From the IMG/VR virus record IMGVR_UViG_3300005573_000021, positions 1 through 42,932 of that record: a DNA stretch of 42,932 nucleotides; one strand, 5' to 3'. Position numbers and translations under genes: made by a program. The notes below the pieces were generated by a model that searched no databases, was not told the origin of the DNA, and saw only the letters and a program-made list of their open reading frames with translations. Below are positions 9,239-18,030 of the stretch, piece by piece. The stretch is from a virus (Duplodnaviria; Caudoviricetes). Positions within the stretch are counted from its first letter, which is position 1. Each line of letters starts with the position of its first letter.

Positions 9239-9766
9239 CTATGTCCCGTCGATCATTGAATCAAGTTCGTTCTGTTCGTCTTCCGCATCGAGTTCCAGAG
9301 CTCCCAAAGCCATCATGAACTCATGCTCCGGCACATCAGTAAGTTCGCTCGGCAATCTGTGCAGTCGTTTAACGCATACACTGTAAAGCCTACGCATAAC
9401 CGGGTTTGCTCGCAGACTCTCCTTGAGCTCATCGTATGCTGATTGTGTTCGCCCTGATAATTCGCGAGCTATGCTGATGATTTCGTCAGCAATCCCATCG
9501 CGTAATTCGAGTATCGCCGCGGTATCCGCTTCATTTAATCTTGGCTCAGCCACTGCGCGAAGCACGGAATATAAGCGATCATTCTGCGCGTTATAGTGTC
9601 GTTTTCCATTTTTATCTATGAGCCAGCAGGCGTCATCGATAGCGAGCACATCACCAACCGAATACCCTTTTATGACAATGCCTGCATTCTCACCAAGCTC
9701 AGGAATGGAAAACTCACGGATAGACGGCTTTGCTTTGAATAACTCATCTTTCGATACGATGCGCAT
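9239..9766 (-). CDS. Tail assembly chaperone (G-like and T-like parts in one ORF)
   Basis: Position between tail tube and tape measure; N-part KDELF...IPELG...EPRL; C-part RLPSEL...EFM. Confidence 0.75.
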   Translation of the reverse strand: MRIVSKDELFKAKPSIREFSIPELGENAGIVIKGYSVGDVLAIDDACWLIDKNGKRHYNAQNDRLYSVLRAVAEPRLNEADTAAILELRDGIADEIISIARELSGRTQSAYDELKESLRANPVMRRLYSVCVKRLHRLPSELTDVPEHEFMMALGALELDAEDEQNELDSMIDGT

Positions 9767-9775
9767 AATCTCACC

Positions 9776-10210
9776 TTACGTCCCCGGCACGTATCCACCG
9801 ACATAAAGCGGATCGCCAGCGGGTTCAAACGTTATCTCCTCATTGCTCGCTTCGCCACGGGCAATCGCGTATGTGCTCGGACCTGCCCATACAGCGCCCT
9901 CGAAAACTTTCGTGGCTGCTTTATAACGGTCATCGTTATAAACGAGCAACTGAAGCGGGTTTGTAGCGTATGCAGTGCGAGCAGCAAGTCCGGCAAAATA
10001 TGCCATATTCGCTATGCGATTGAACCGCTGAGCCTTGATTCCGTATGTCACCCCATCGGGATCGACAACATCGGTCATGTCACCCATAGCCCTTGTTTTG
10101 ATAAACTCGGGCGTCACTTCGATGCTGATGTTTTCGAGTTCGGCAACCAGCACGCCTCCGATATAAAGCGAACCGAATTTTCCGCTAAGTCTTCCAGGTG
10201 TAGAACCCAT
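9776..10210 (-). CDS. Major tail tube protein
   Basis: 144 aa, beta-rich; GKFGSLYIGG...LENISIEV...FEGAVW...EITF pattern and position. Confidence 0.7.
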   Translation of the reverse strand: MGSTPGRLSGKFGSLYIGGVLVAELENISIEVTPEFIKTRAMGDMTDVVDPDGVTYGIKAQRFNRIANMAYFAGLAARTAYATNPLQLLVYNDDRYKAATKVFEGAVWAGPSTYAIARGEASNEEITFEPAGDPLYVGGYVPGT

Positions 10211-10224
10211 GATATCCTCCCGCC

Positions 10225-11184
10225 CTACAGGGCTATAATCCTATCAGGATACGCCCACAAAGAAATGGTTTTGCCGTCCGCGAGCGTGCCGGACTTGTAA
10301 GTGATATTGGTGAATAGAGGCAGAACGAGGTCATTCTGCACATAATTATTCAGCAGATTGGTTTCAAGCGTGATGCTCGTATTGGTTGTAATCGATGCGA
10401 TCTGCGCGATCTCCTGCGAGCTATCGTTATGCACGATGAGCACATATTCGCCGGCATTGAATTGACCAGTAGCCGCAACAGGGATGACTTTCTGTCCAGC
10501 CGCCGCGCCCGCCGCGCCTATTGCTTGAGAACCGAGTATCGACTGCGCATTTAACGTCGTCGCGGTAAGCGCCACGGTGATATCAACTGTCGTCCCGTCC
10601 TGCCGCGTAGCGGTAAGAATCAAGCTATTGGGCGCTGGTGTGGCGTCATCGTTGATGAGCATGATCGCGCCATAAGTTTCGCTATCGATTGCACCGTCAA
10701 CAGTTGCCCACGTGGGGGCTCCTGTTGTGCCGGTTACGGTTGCCAGACAATGCATCCCCGAGTCCGCAGGATCGGATCCATCGGCTGGTCGTGTCCCTTT
10801 GGGATACACCTGATAAGCCGGCAGCCTCATGCTCTCGCCCAGAAGCATCGCAATAAGCTCGCCTGCGTCATAAGGTATTCGCTTGCCGGAGTAGGCAGTC
10901 AAATATGCATTGAGCGCATTACTGTCAGTGATTCCGATATCGCGCAGGTATTGGATGTGATTTGAGATGAGTTGCTGGAATACTGAGCTTATACTAAACC
11001 CGTTTTCCAGCACGGTATCAAGCGTCGTGGTCTCAAATCCCTTGATCCGGTTTTCATAACTCTCGTCTTGCGCGGCGTCAACGCGAGCCCAGAAATCAGT
11101 TCCCGTGCTCGCTATCCCCTTCGCATTTTGGATGACCTTAGCCATCCGATCAAAAATGCCTATAATCGTAGGCTCTACAGCCAT
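10225..11184 (-). CDS. Putative neck/structural protein, family not recognised
   Basis: 319 aa, strong RBS (AAGGAGGA), helical N-half and beta-rich C-half, between neck and tail tube genes. Confidence 0.55.
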   Translation of the reverse strand: MAVEPTIIGIFDRMAKVIQNAKGIASTGTDFWARVDAAQDESYENRIKGFETTTLDTVLENGFSISSVFQQLISNHIQYLRDIGITDSNALNAYLTAYSGKRIPYDAGELIAMLLGESMRLPAYQVYPKGTRPADGSDPADSGMHCLATVTGTTGAPTWATVDGAIDSETYGAIMLINDDATPAPNSLILTATRQDGTTVDITVALTATTLNAQSILGSQAIGAAGAAAGQKVIPVAATGQFNAGEYVLIVHNDSSQEIAQIASITTNTSITLETNLLNNYVQNDLVLPLFTNITYKSGTLADGKTISLWAYPDRIIAL

Positions 11185-11197
11185 AATGTCCTCCTTG

Positions 11198-11731
11198 CTA
11201 TCCCATGGTCAGTGCTTTTCGTATTGCTTTGCGATAGATGAGCCGCACTTTGCCTTGCATCCGATTGATTGCATTCTTTCGCCAAGGCGCTGGATAGCGT
11301 GTATTCTTTTTGTCGTGTCGATAGCGAGCATAGTATGATCGCTTGCCATTCTTGGTCTGTGATTGCGCGGCATTTTCCACGATGCCTACGTAGGCTGTTA
11401 CAATCCGCATCTTTTCAGATCGCCGCAGATTGCCAGTTCGCTTCCATGCCGGCTTTGAGCCTGTGGAGTTTGGCTTGTCACTCTTCGTATGCATCTGCTT
11501 ACGCGGAGTAAAGCTTTTTCCTTTGCCCTCTGCCCGCGCCTTGCGTTCGGTTTGAATCTGCGCTCGCGTGGGAATTGGCTTGTCGTAAATCAATTCCCGC
11601 ATTTGCGTTTTAGAATCAGCCAGGAATGCTTTTGTCGCTTCCCTGGTGGCTTTTGCTACGAACGGGCGTATTGCTTTTTCGCGCCTCGACCATTTCGCTA
11701 CTAATTGCATAGCATTTGTCACAATTGGCAT
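11198..11731 (-). CDS. HK97 gp10-like tail completion protein
   Basis: Basic; RTGNLRRS and YARY...PW motifs; start reassigned to ATG 11731. Confidence 0.7.
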   Translation of the reverse strand: MPIVTNAMQLVAKWSRREKAIRPFVAKATREATKAFLADSKTQMRELIYDKPIPTRAQIQTERKARAEGKGKSFTPRKQMHTKSDKPNSTGSKPAWKRTGNLRRSEKMRIVTAYVGIVENAAQSQTKNGKRSYYARYRHDKKNTRYPAPWRKNAINRMQGKVRLIYRKAIRKALTMG

Positions 11732-11739
11732 GTCAGCAC

Positions 11740-12204
11740 CTAATAATGCAGACCGAGAATTGAATGCTCGCACGTATCTACGCCATCCGTCACGAATGCG
11801 CCCACATAAGCGTCAGGCGTCGAGACAGTGCCGCCCTCGTATCGAGCGATAATCTGCTCTGCTTCGCTTTTGTAGAAAACGCGCGTAGCGGCCGCATTTT
11901 CAGGAATTACGAACTCAGGCGGAAGCTCTTCTGCATCATAGGCAACCATTACGTTCACAATCATTTGCCAAAGTCGCGAGAGCACCAGATAAAGCACTGC
12001 ATCATGGAGCGCTTGGCAAACATCGGCATCCTCGCTATTCCAGTTATTGCCAACAGCTGACCGCACCTGAGCTACAGCACTGTTTATACGGTTAGTTACT
12101 AGATTGGTGAATTTTCGAGTATTGTCTCCGCAGTTAGGAAAATATTCAATTCTTAACTGACCTTCTTCGACGACCTCGACTGTTGTTGGTGCTGTCACCG
12201 CCAT
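11740..12204 (-). CDS. Putative head-tail adaptor
   Basis: Helical ~154-aa protein after the capsid genes; start reassigned to ATG 12204 (MAVTAPT). Confidence 0.5.
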   Translation of the reverse strand: MAVTAPTTVEVVEEGQLRIEYFPNCGDNTRKFTNLVTNRINSAVAQVRSAVGNNWNSEDADVCQALHDAVLYLVLSRLWQMIVNVMVAYDAEELPPEFVIPENAAATRVFYKSEAEQIIARYEGGTVSTPDAYVGAFVTDGVDTCEHSILGLHY

Positions 12205-12382
12205 TATCGTTCTCGCTTTCTGTCTGCTCATCGGCAGATATCACTATCTCAACTGTGCCAAGATCGATCTGACCTTGCCAGAAGTGCGTAAGCTCAACAT
12301 CAGCTTCCGCGCCGACTGAGCATAAGGTAACGCCCTCCGCGATGTTCTGGACAGGTGGGCATAAGCATCTGATTTTAGTCAT
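12146..12382 (-). CDS. Small hypothetical protein with an Arg-rich C-terminus
   Basis: 78 aa, GGGGGA RBS, typical small ORF downstream of capsid genes. Confidence 0.6.
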   Translation of the reverse strand: MTKIRCLCPPVQNIAEGVTLCSVGAEADVELTHFWQGQIDLGTVEIVISADEQTESENDNGGDSTNNSRGRRRRSVKN

Positions 12383-12396
12383 AACTCAATTCCCCC

Positions 12397-12870
12397 CTAG
12401 TCGTTCACGGTGTATTCAATCTCGACAAACCCCTCGCCCGCGATTGGAGTAGCGACAACACCGGTAAGTCGAGCGATAACGGGAGTATTCGCCGCGACAG
12501 CGCCGGATTTGAGAGTAAACGCAGTAGCCGCGCCGACAGCCTTGGGCTGCTCTATTGCCGTGGCGTCCGCGATCTGGGTTCCGCCTGCTGCAGTGCCGAG
12601 CGCAATGGTAGCAGCAGTAGCGCCAGCCGCCGCAGTAGCTTCGGTGTAGACAAACCGAGCGGCAGTAATTGTGATAGCGGTGCTCTGTCGAGTAATGACG
12701 AAATCGGCAGTTGTGCCAGCGCCGATGTCGATATTGATGATCGGAGTTTTGGTTACGCGCCTGCGGGCATTATCTACCATCTGTGACCCGGTAACGGCTT
12801 TCGGTCCAATAGCAGAGCCGTCCCATATATCAGTGCCAAATTCACGAGGTATCGGACATTTTGATCCCAT
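12397..12870 (-). CDS. Putative capsid decoration protein
   Basis: 157 aa, Ala/Thr/Gly-rich and beta-rich, directly after the major capsid gene. Confidence 0.55.
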   Translation of the reverse strand: MGSKCPIPREFGTDIWDGSAIGPKAVTGSQMVDNARRRVTKTPIINIDIGAGTTADFVITRQSTAITITAARFVYTEATAAAGATAATIALGTAAGGTQIADATAIEQPKAVGAATAFTLKSGAVAANTPVIARLTGVVATPIAGEGFVEIEYTVND

Positions 12871-12886
12871 AATAAGCCTCTTTCAT

Positions 12887-12920
12887 AAATAAGAGCCCGC
12901 CTACAACCACAGGCGGGCTC
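12887..12920 (-). terminator. Intrinsic terminator after the major capsid gene
   Basis: GAGCCCGCCT/AGGCGGGCTC stem followed by TTATTT on the minus strand. Confidence 0.75.
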
Positions 12921-12950
12921 AATAGTTATTCACTTGTTCATTATTTGTTT

Positions 12951-14114
12951 TTAGCTGATGTGCAGCATCTTGACAGCGTTATAGTCGAGCTTATAGAAGC
13001 CGGTCACTTTCTCCACCTTCGTCCGCTCGATGTCGCGATCAATCAGCCTGTCGGCCTCACTCATCACAGAAAGTTCCGTGATCTGCTGGAGAGCTACACG
13101 ACTGTCAACAGCGAGAATGTAGCCAGAACCGAATGAAGGCGCATTGAGCGAATCCCATCTATGCCAGGTTGCGCCGAGCGGTCCGGGAAGCTCGCCCGTG
13201 GACTGGAATCGGAACCCGGCCATCGGGTCCTTGAACTCAGCCATATTCAGGATGTTATTGATCTGCGCCCAGTTACAGACCGCATCAGTCATCTGGTAGC
13301 CGACCGGGAATGTCCCGTAAAACGTGGTAAGGTCGCTGTAAAGCAGCTTACCGGATGTGGCAACATCCGAATGCGTGAGATTTGATCCGGTATTGCCGTC
13401 ACCCGAAATCAGGGTTTCAATCGCCCAGTTCGTTTCATCGAGTGCAATTCTGCGACCGATGCGCTGGAGCATGATCGCAAACACATCGATCTTCTGCCGC
13501 CTGATAGCCTCATAAGAAGCCTCAAGTATTCGCGCGAATTTCTTCACGGTAACAACTGTGTCGGCAGTAGTGATCTTCGTAACCGGGATATTCTCGCCCT
13601 GACCGACCTCGCGAAGTTGCTGATCGTCTTCGACATCGGTGAATTTCAATCCCTTGTAGGTGTCAGAGTCGATAAACGTCTCGGCGGCAACGAGCGCCGG
13701 TAAGATCGAGATAGCCAGCATTCCTAACTGAATCTGCGAATCCAGCCAAGCCGGGAAAAGTACAGCAGACGTGGTGGTCGTGAAAAACTTCTCGATTCGG
13801 TCAGCGCCCGCGCCCTTAGAGCAGATACCCTGATCGGATAACGCCATATCGAGCGCGTATGTCTCAATAGCATGCATCTCAACCTTGTTGAGCATTCCGG
13901 GCGATAGCGCATTCGGATCGATATTTTTGCACCCGATTTTGAAAAGCAGCCGCTTCACGCGGTTGTCGATTGTAGCCTGATCGGGATAGATTCCCGCTTT
14001 CATCGCCGCATCCGAAATCGCCTGATAACCGTTAACCCGGCAATCATCGCGTTTGGCCTCACGATAGAAGCCCTTGTCGATACCCTTGATTATCCCGCCA
14101 ATCGTGGTCGGCAT
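12951..14114 (-). CDS. Major capsid protein (HK97-like)
   Basis: 387 aa; LREVGQGENIP, VKKFARILEASYEAIRR and AEFKDP segments; AAGGAGG RBS; terminator downstream. Confidence 0.88.
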   Translation of the reverse strand: MPTTIGGIIKGIDKGFYREAKRDDCRVNGYQAISDAAMKAGIYPDQATIDNRVKRLLFKIGCKNIDPNALSPGMLNKVEMHAIETYALDMALSDQGICSKGAGADRIEKFFTTTTSAVLFPAWLDSQIQLGMLAISILPALVAAETFIDSDTYKGLKFTDVEDDQQLREVGQGENIPVTKITTADTVVTVKKFARILEASYEAIRRQKIDVFAIMLQRIGRRIALDETNWAIETLISGDGNTGSNLTHSDVATSGKLLYSDLTTFYGTFPVGYQMTDAVCNWAQINNILNMAEFKDPMAGFRFQSTGELPGPLGATWHRWDSLNAPSFGSGYILAVDSRVALQQITELSVMSEADRLIDRDIERTKVEKVTGFYKLDYNAVKMLHIS

Positions 14115-14124
14115 GTTAACCTCC

Positions 14125-14541
14125 TTATGCTAAACAGGTGATGGTGTAGGTGCTGCCATCAGAGTTGAGATCGCTCGAAATGACCAGCGTTTTGCCCGCT
14201 GCCGCGCCGCTGGTTTCGATCTTATTGGCTGTGCCGTTACTTTGCGGCGAAACACCGAGCGCAACGGCGGCATCATTCTGAAGCTCGATGACCGAGTTGT
14301 AACCGAACACATGCACACTCAGGATTGTGGATGTGGCGCTCGTTGCGGTAGACGGACCTGCAATAGCGACCACGCGACCCCAAAGTGCCGCATTGTCAGT
14401 CGGCTTCTTAACCGTGCGATTTGCGCCGGTGTCCTGAATACAAATATCGCCAACAGCCCACGCGAGGCCATTGGCGGAATACATCGAGACAACCAGCATC
14501 TCATCAACACTGGATTCTCCACCCAATTTCCGAAGTGCCAT
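14125..14541 (-). CDS. Putative capsid cement/decoration protein
   Basis: 138 aa beta-rich protein between protease and major capsid. Confidence 0.6.
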   Translation of the reverse strand: MALRKLGGESSVDEMLVVSMYSANGLAWAVGDICIQDTGANRTVKKPTDNAALWGRVVAIAGPSTATSATSTILSVHVFGYNSVIELQNDAAVALGVSPQSNGTANKIETSGAAAGKTLVISSDLNSDGSTYTITCLA

Positions 14542-14551
14542 TTCGATCCTC

Positions 14552-15685
14552 CTATATCACGCTATACTGCTGCGGATTTAACCGCTTCGCCTCGGTATCC
14601 TCGCCGGTGTTAGCGCCTTCGCCTTCACCCTTGCCGGACTCAGCCTGCTTAGCCGACCACTGCTTTTCGTAGTCGGTTTTGATCTCCAGCAGTTTGGTCA
14701 CATCATCGGTAGTGACCACGATTTCAGCTTCAGCCGCAGACCTGCCGATGCATGTGGCAAGTCTTTTGATCTCATCCTTGAGATCAGTCAGTAGTTTCGT
14801 GCCGATCTCAGCTTTTGTTGTGAGTTCAGCGATCTTCGCATTCGCCGCCGTCAAATTATCCTTCACGGTGGCGAGCTCCCCGGAGAGTTCGGTATTTTTT
14901 GCCTGCAACTCTTCGATAGTCATGTCGTCCTCCTGTTTTTGCTCGCCTCGCGGCGGCTTATTATCAGCCTCAATGAGACCGATTTTCCAGATTTTTGATT
15001 GTTCTCCCTGCTCTGCTGATTTCGCAATAGCGGCTTCATATTGACAGCCCAGGTATACAATGCTGCCCTCTACCATCTCGACCGTGCTCATATCGGATTT
15101 TGTGGAATCGTATGTGCAAGTGCATGTCTGACCGTCATACGTATCGCCTTTAATGTGCCTGCAGTATGCCGCGCTCTCGTCGGCATAATACGGGTAGTAA
15201 GGCTGCCCGCAGAGGTCACAGATCAAGCCGGCATAATCGGGCTGGAATCCAATACTCACGTAATTCCAGACCCCAGCATCGATATTGTCACGTTCGAGCT
15301 GATTCCCCTGGCTGACCGGCATATACCAGAACGGCGCTACCCACTGCCATCCCTGAGCATCGCGTGTGATCTCAGCATCAAAGAAACGACCAATTGGAGC
15401 ACTGCCATAATCGTGACCGACAAGCACTGATTTACCGGCTGCTGTCTCGGCGAATCGGCGCAGATAACCGGCATCAAAGCGCTCATAACTGCGGTCATAT
15501 TGATCGTTTGCAAGCATCATCTGACGCACGTAAAGATCATCAGCCGAGAAATCGCGTCGGCAGTATTGTCGTATCGCCGCTATCTGCGAATCAGTTGGAG
15601 CAGTCGCTTTAGTAGCCACTTCAACGATTTTTAGAAGCGGTTTGCTCGCGTCAAATGTTTTCGCATCGACAAGTTTTACAGTCAT
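14552..15685 (-). CDS. Prohead protease fused to a C-terminal scaffold
   Basis: DRSYERF, VGHD...PIGR, IDAG...VSIGF, CDLC..CRH insert and EGSIV motifs; coiled-coil acidic C-terminus. Confidence 0.8.
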   Translation of the reverse strand: MTVKLVDAKTFDASKPLLKIVEVATKATAPTDSQIAAIRQYCRRDFSADDLYVRQMMLANDQYDRSYERFDAGYLRRFAETAAGKSVLVGHDYGSAPIGRFFDAEITRDAQGWQWVAPFWYMPVSQGNQLERDNIDAGVWNYVSIGFQPDYAGLICDLCGQPYYPYYADESAAYCRHIKGDTYDGQTCTCTYDSTKSDMSTVEMVEGSIVYLGCQYEAAIAKSAEQGEQSKIWKIGLIEADNKPPRGEQKQEDDMTIEELQAKNTELSGELATVKDNLTAANAKIAELTTKAEIGTKLLTDLKDEIKRLATCIGRSAAEAEIVVTTDDVTKLLEIKTDYEKQWSAKQAESGKGEGEGANTGEDTEAKRLNPQQYSVI

Positions 15686-15819
15686 TTCGTCACCACCTGA
15701 CCGCGCCTCGGCATCTGTTTAATGAGCCGAGCGCCGCATTTCGGACAAAGTAATGCCCCGTCTGAAATCTCAACGACGGGGCATTTAGGATTCGGGCATG
15801 TTAACTTATAGGTTGACAT
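15682..15819 (-). CDS. 45-aa zinc-ribbon miniprotein (not in the ORF track)
   Basis: MSTYKLTCPNPKCPVVEISDGALLCPKCGARLIKQMPRRGQVVTK; TAATG overlap upstream, ATGA overlap downstream, GGAGG RBS. Confidence 0.75.
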   Translation of the reverse strand: MSTYKLTCPNPKCPVVEISDGALLCPKCGARLIKQMPRRGQVVTK

Positions 15820-16658
15820 TATTGCTGTGCTACCTCCTGACATACCTCGCATGCCTGAGCGCTAACATCATAAACCATGTGCCATGTGCCATTGTCTGCC
15901 TGCTCTATTGAGTATCCGCATAGGCAATTGGGATGCGCAGGGAATGCACTGGTGTCAACAGTGCTGGTATCTATCTGCTCTGCCTGGCACTCATCAATGA
16001 ATCCTGCATTTTGAGCAAACGCAATCTCAGTGCGCGCAAGCCGCTCAAACTCATACCGACTGTATTCATCGAACTGCGCCGATATACTGCGCGCCACATC
16101 GATGGGATTAATGGAATTAGCTACTCCATCTTCGAGGATACCCCGCAGTTCATCGCGTATGCCCTCAAGGCGCATAGCGCCGTTCTCACTGAGTCTGTCA
16201 AACGCCATCCCCATAAATGCCTGCACGCCTGATTCATTTTCAGTTGCCGAGAGCGCCGAATCACCAGCGCCTGTTAATTCATAAGCGCGAGTGATACCGA
16301 GCGAATGAGCATATCTATCATAATGCTCGATTATCCCACTCTCATCGGCGTTATTTGTGAATCCCAGTCGCGTGCGATCACGTCCGGCCATTTTCTCAAG
16401 AAATATATCGACCGCGCGGTTAAACTCACGCTCTTGCATGCTGCTGAAAGTAAACGCCTGCTCATCATCAGCCCGCGTTTGAGTGGGCAGATTGCAGATA
16501 CATAGAATCTGAGATTTGAGTTCATTCGATGCGCGAACGATAGCGTTATGCATATCATTAATTGCTATTGCAATGCGGCGATCACGTGGCTGTTCATGTG
16601 TGCTCGGCAATAGTGATGATTTGCATTCTGGGCATGTGCAGTGAGGCTTAAACGCCAT
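15819..16658 (-). CDS. MuF-like minor head protein
   Basis: ERLARTE and PAHPNCLC motifs; follows the portal. Confidence 0.8.
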   Translation of the reverse strand: MAFKPHCTCPECKSSLLPSTHEQPRDRRIAIAINDMHNAIVRASNELKSQILCICNLPTQTRADDEQAFTFSSMQEREFNRAVDIFLEKMAGRDRTRLGFTNNADESGIIEHYDRYAHSLGITRAYELTGAGDSALSATENESGVQAFMGMAFDRLSENGAMRLEGIRDELRGILEDGVANSINPIDVARSISAQFDEYSRYEFERLARTEIAFAQNAGFIDECQAEQIDTSTVDTSAFPAHPNCLCGYSIEQADNGTWHMVYDVSAQACEVCQEVAQQ

Positions 16659-18030
16659 AAGTCAGCCTCCCCGATTTCTGCTCACTTTCTCTTGCAGATA
16701 GATTGCCAACGCTCGCGCTTTCACTGCCTCCGAATCCTACCGGTGAAGGCAATGCGGGCGGTTCAAGCATAGGCGTTGCTATCTCGACAGTTTCTTCACC
16801 CGTCACATATTCGGCGTATTCCTCCTGATCGAACACACCACTACGCCAAAGCGCCATGCCGGTGCGTTCGCGAATACTCTCAGCCTGAGCCTGCATCGCC
16901 TGCGCTCTCGCCGCATTCAGTTGATCTCGCAGACTCGTTTCCGGCCATTCGGCAACTGGTATAGCGCTGCCATATCCCCGCACCATTGCCCATAATGTTG
17001 CGACCTTGAGAGCAGACGGTGTATACTCATCACGATAATCATTAAGCACGGCTTCGAGCGTTTGCGCCTGCTCATCTGATAGCCGCTCTGTAGTTGCCCA
17101 GTGTAAACCCAGCATCCACGAGGGCAAGTGAGTGGCAGCTATGATCTGTTCCATTGCGCTGCGCCACGGGATTTGAAACTCCAGCTCAGTGCCATCCGCT
17201 CCGATTGTGGATATTTTGATATTGCCGGCACCAAAGAAATCTTTTATGACGCCCCTTCTCTTACGAGACGCCATAGCCTCAGTGAATGATGTTTTAATCT
17301 GACTCAACAGATTATTCATCAGACTGCCGACATCCACTCCGGGACTCAGACCCGGAGGCACTTCCACGTTCACTGCATAGCTTCGAGCGCCCATCCTCTC
17401 CCAGTTTTGCTTTTGCGCATGAATCATTTCGAGCAGGAGTTCAGCCACAAATGGGATATCAGTAAACAGTGAACGCCCGTATGGACTGTCATCACGCGGC
17501 GCATGAGCATTGAGAACAATGAAATCAGGGTCAAGCTGAACCGGCACCGGATTATAAGTTTGTTGCTGTGCAATTACAACCTGTGTTGGATCATTCTCGT
17601 CTACTCGCATACGCAGAGAGCGAGCGGAGAGGTATTGGAATCCAGCAATATCACGCCCAGCGGGATCAATCAGTATTTCACTCGCACCGGTTCCACCGAT
17701 GAGCGCCCGCTCCTGCTGACCATTGAGCCACCGGTTGAATCCTTTACCGAGGGGAGCCACACGACAATTCTGCGCCCATACATCCCATTCGTCCTGCACT
17801 CGCTGGGAGTCCCAAACAATCTTTACGTTACCGGTCAGTCGCACAAGCTGATCTGTCGCGGCATTGAGGATCGGCAACGCACGGCGAAGCGACTCCAGGA
17901 TAATTGGATCATTGGGCGGTGGTAGATAATACAGCGAATCCCGATACGGCTGGTAATAGTCTGGCCGACTCTGCACTACCGCATTAATCGTGCTCTGTCT
18001 ATTTATTTTTCTGCCAAAAGGCCATTTCAT
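16648..18030 (-). CDS. Portal protein
   Basis: ~460 aa after terL; SPYGRSL motif; start reassigned to ATG 18030 (MKWPFGRK), ATGA overlap with the terL stop. Confidence 0.82.
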   Translation of the reverse strand: MKWPFGRKINRQSTINAVVQSRPDYYQPYRDSLYYLPPPNDPIILESLRRALPILNAATDQLVRLTGNVKIVWDSQRVQDEWDVWAQNCRVAPLGKGFNRWLNGQQERALIGGTGASEILIDPAGRDIAGFQYLSARSLRMRVDENDPTQVVIAQQQTYNPVPVQLDPDFIVLNAHAPRDDSPYGRSLFTDIPFVAELLLEMIHAQKQNWERMGARSYAVNVEVPPGLSPGVDVGSLMNNLLSQIKTSFTEAMASRKRRGVIKDFFGAGNIKISTIGADGTELEFQIPWRSAMEQIIAATHLPSWMLGLHWATTERLSDEQAQTLEAVLNDYRDEYTPSALKVATLWAMVRGYGSAIPVAEWPETSLRDQLNAARAQAMQAQAESIRERTGMALWRSGVFDQEEYAEYVTGEETVEIATPMLEPPALPSPVGFGGSESASVGNLSARESEQKSGRLTYGV

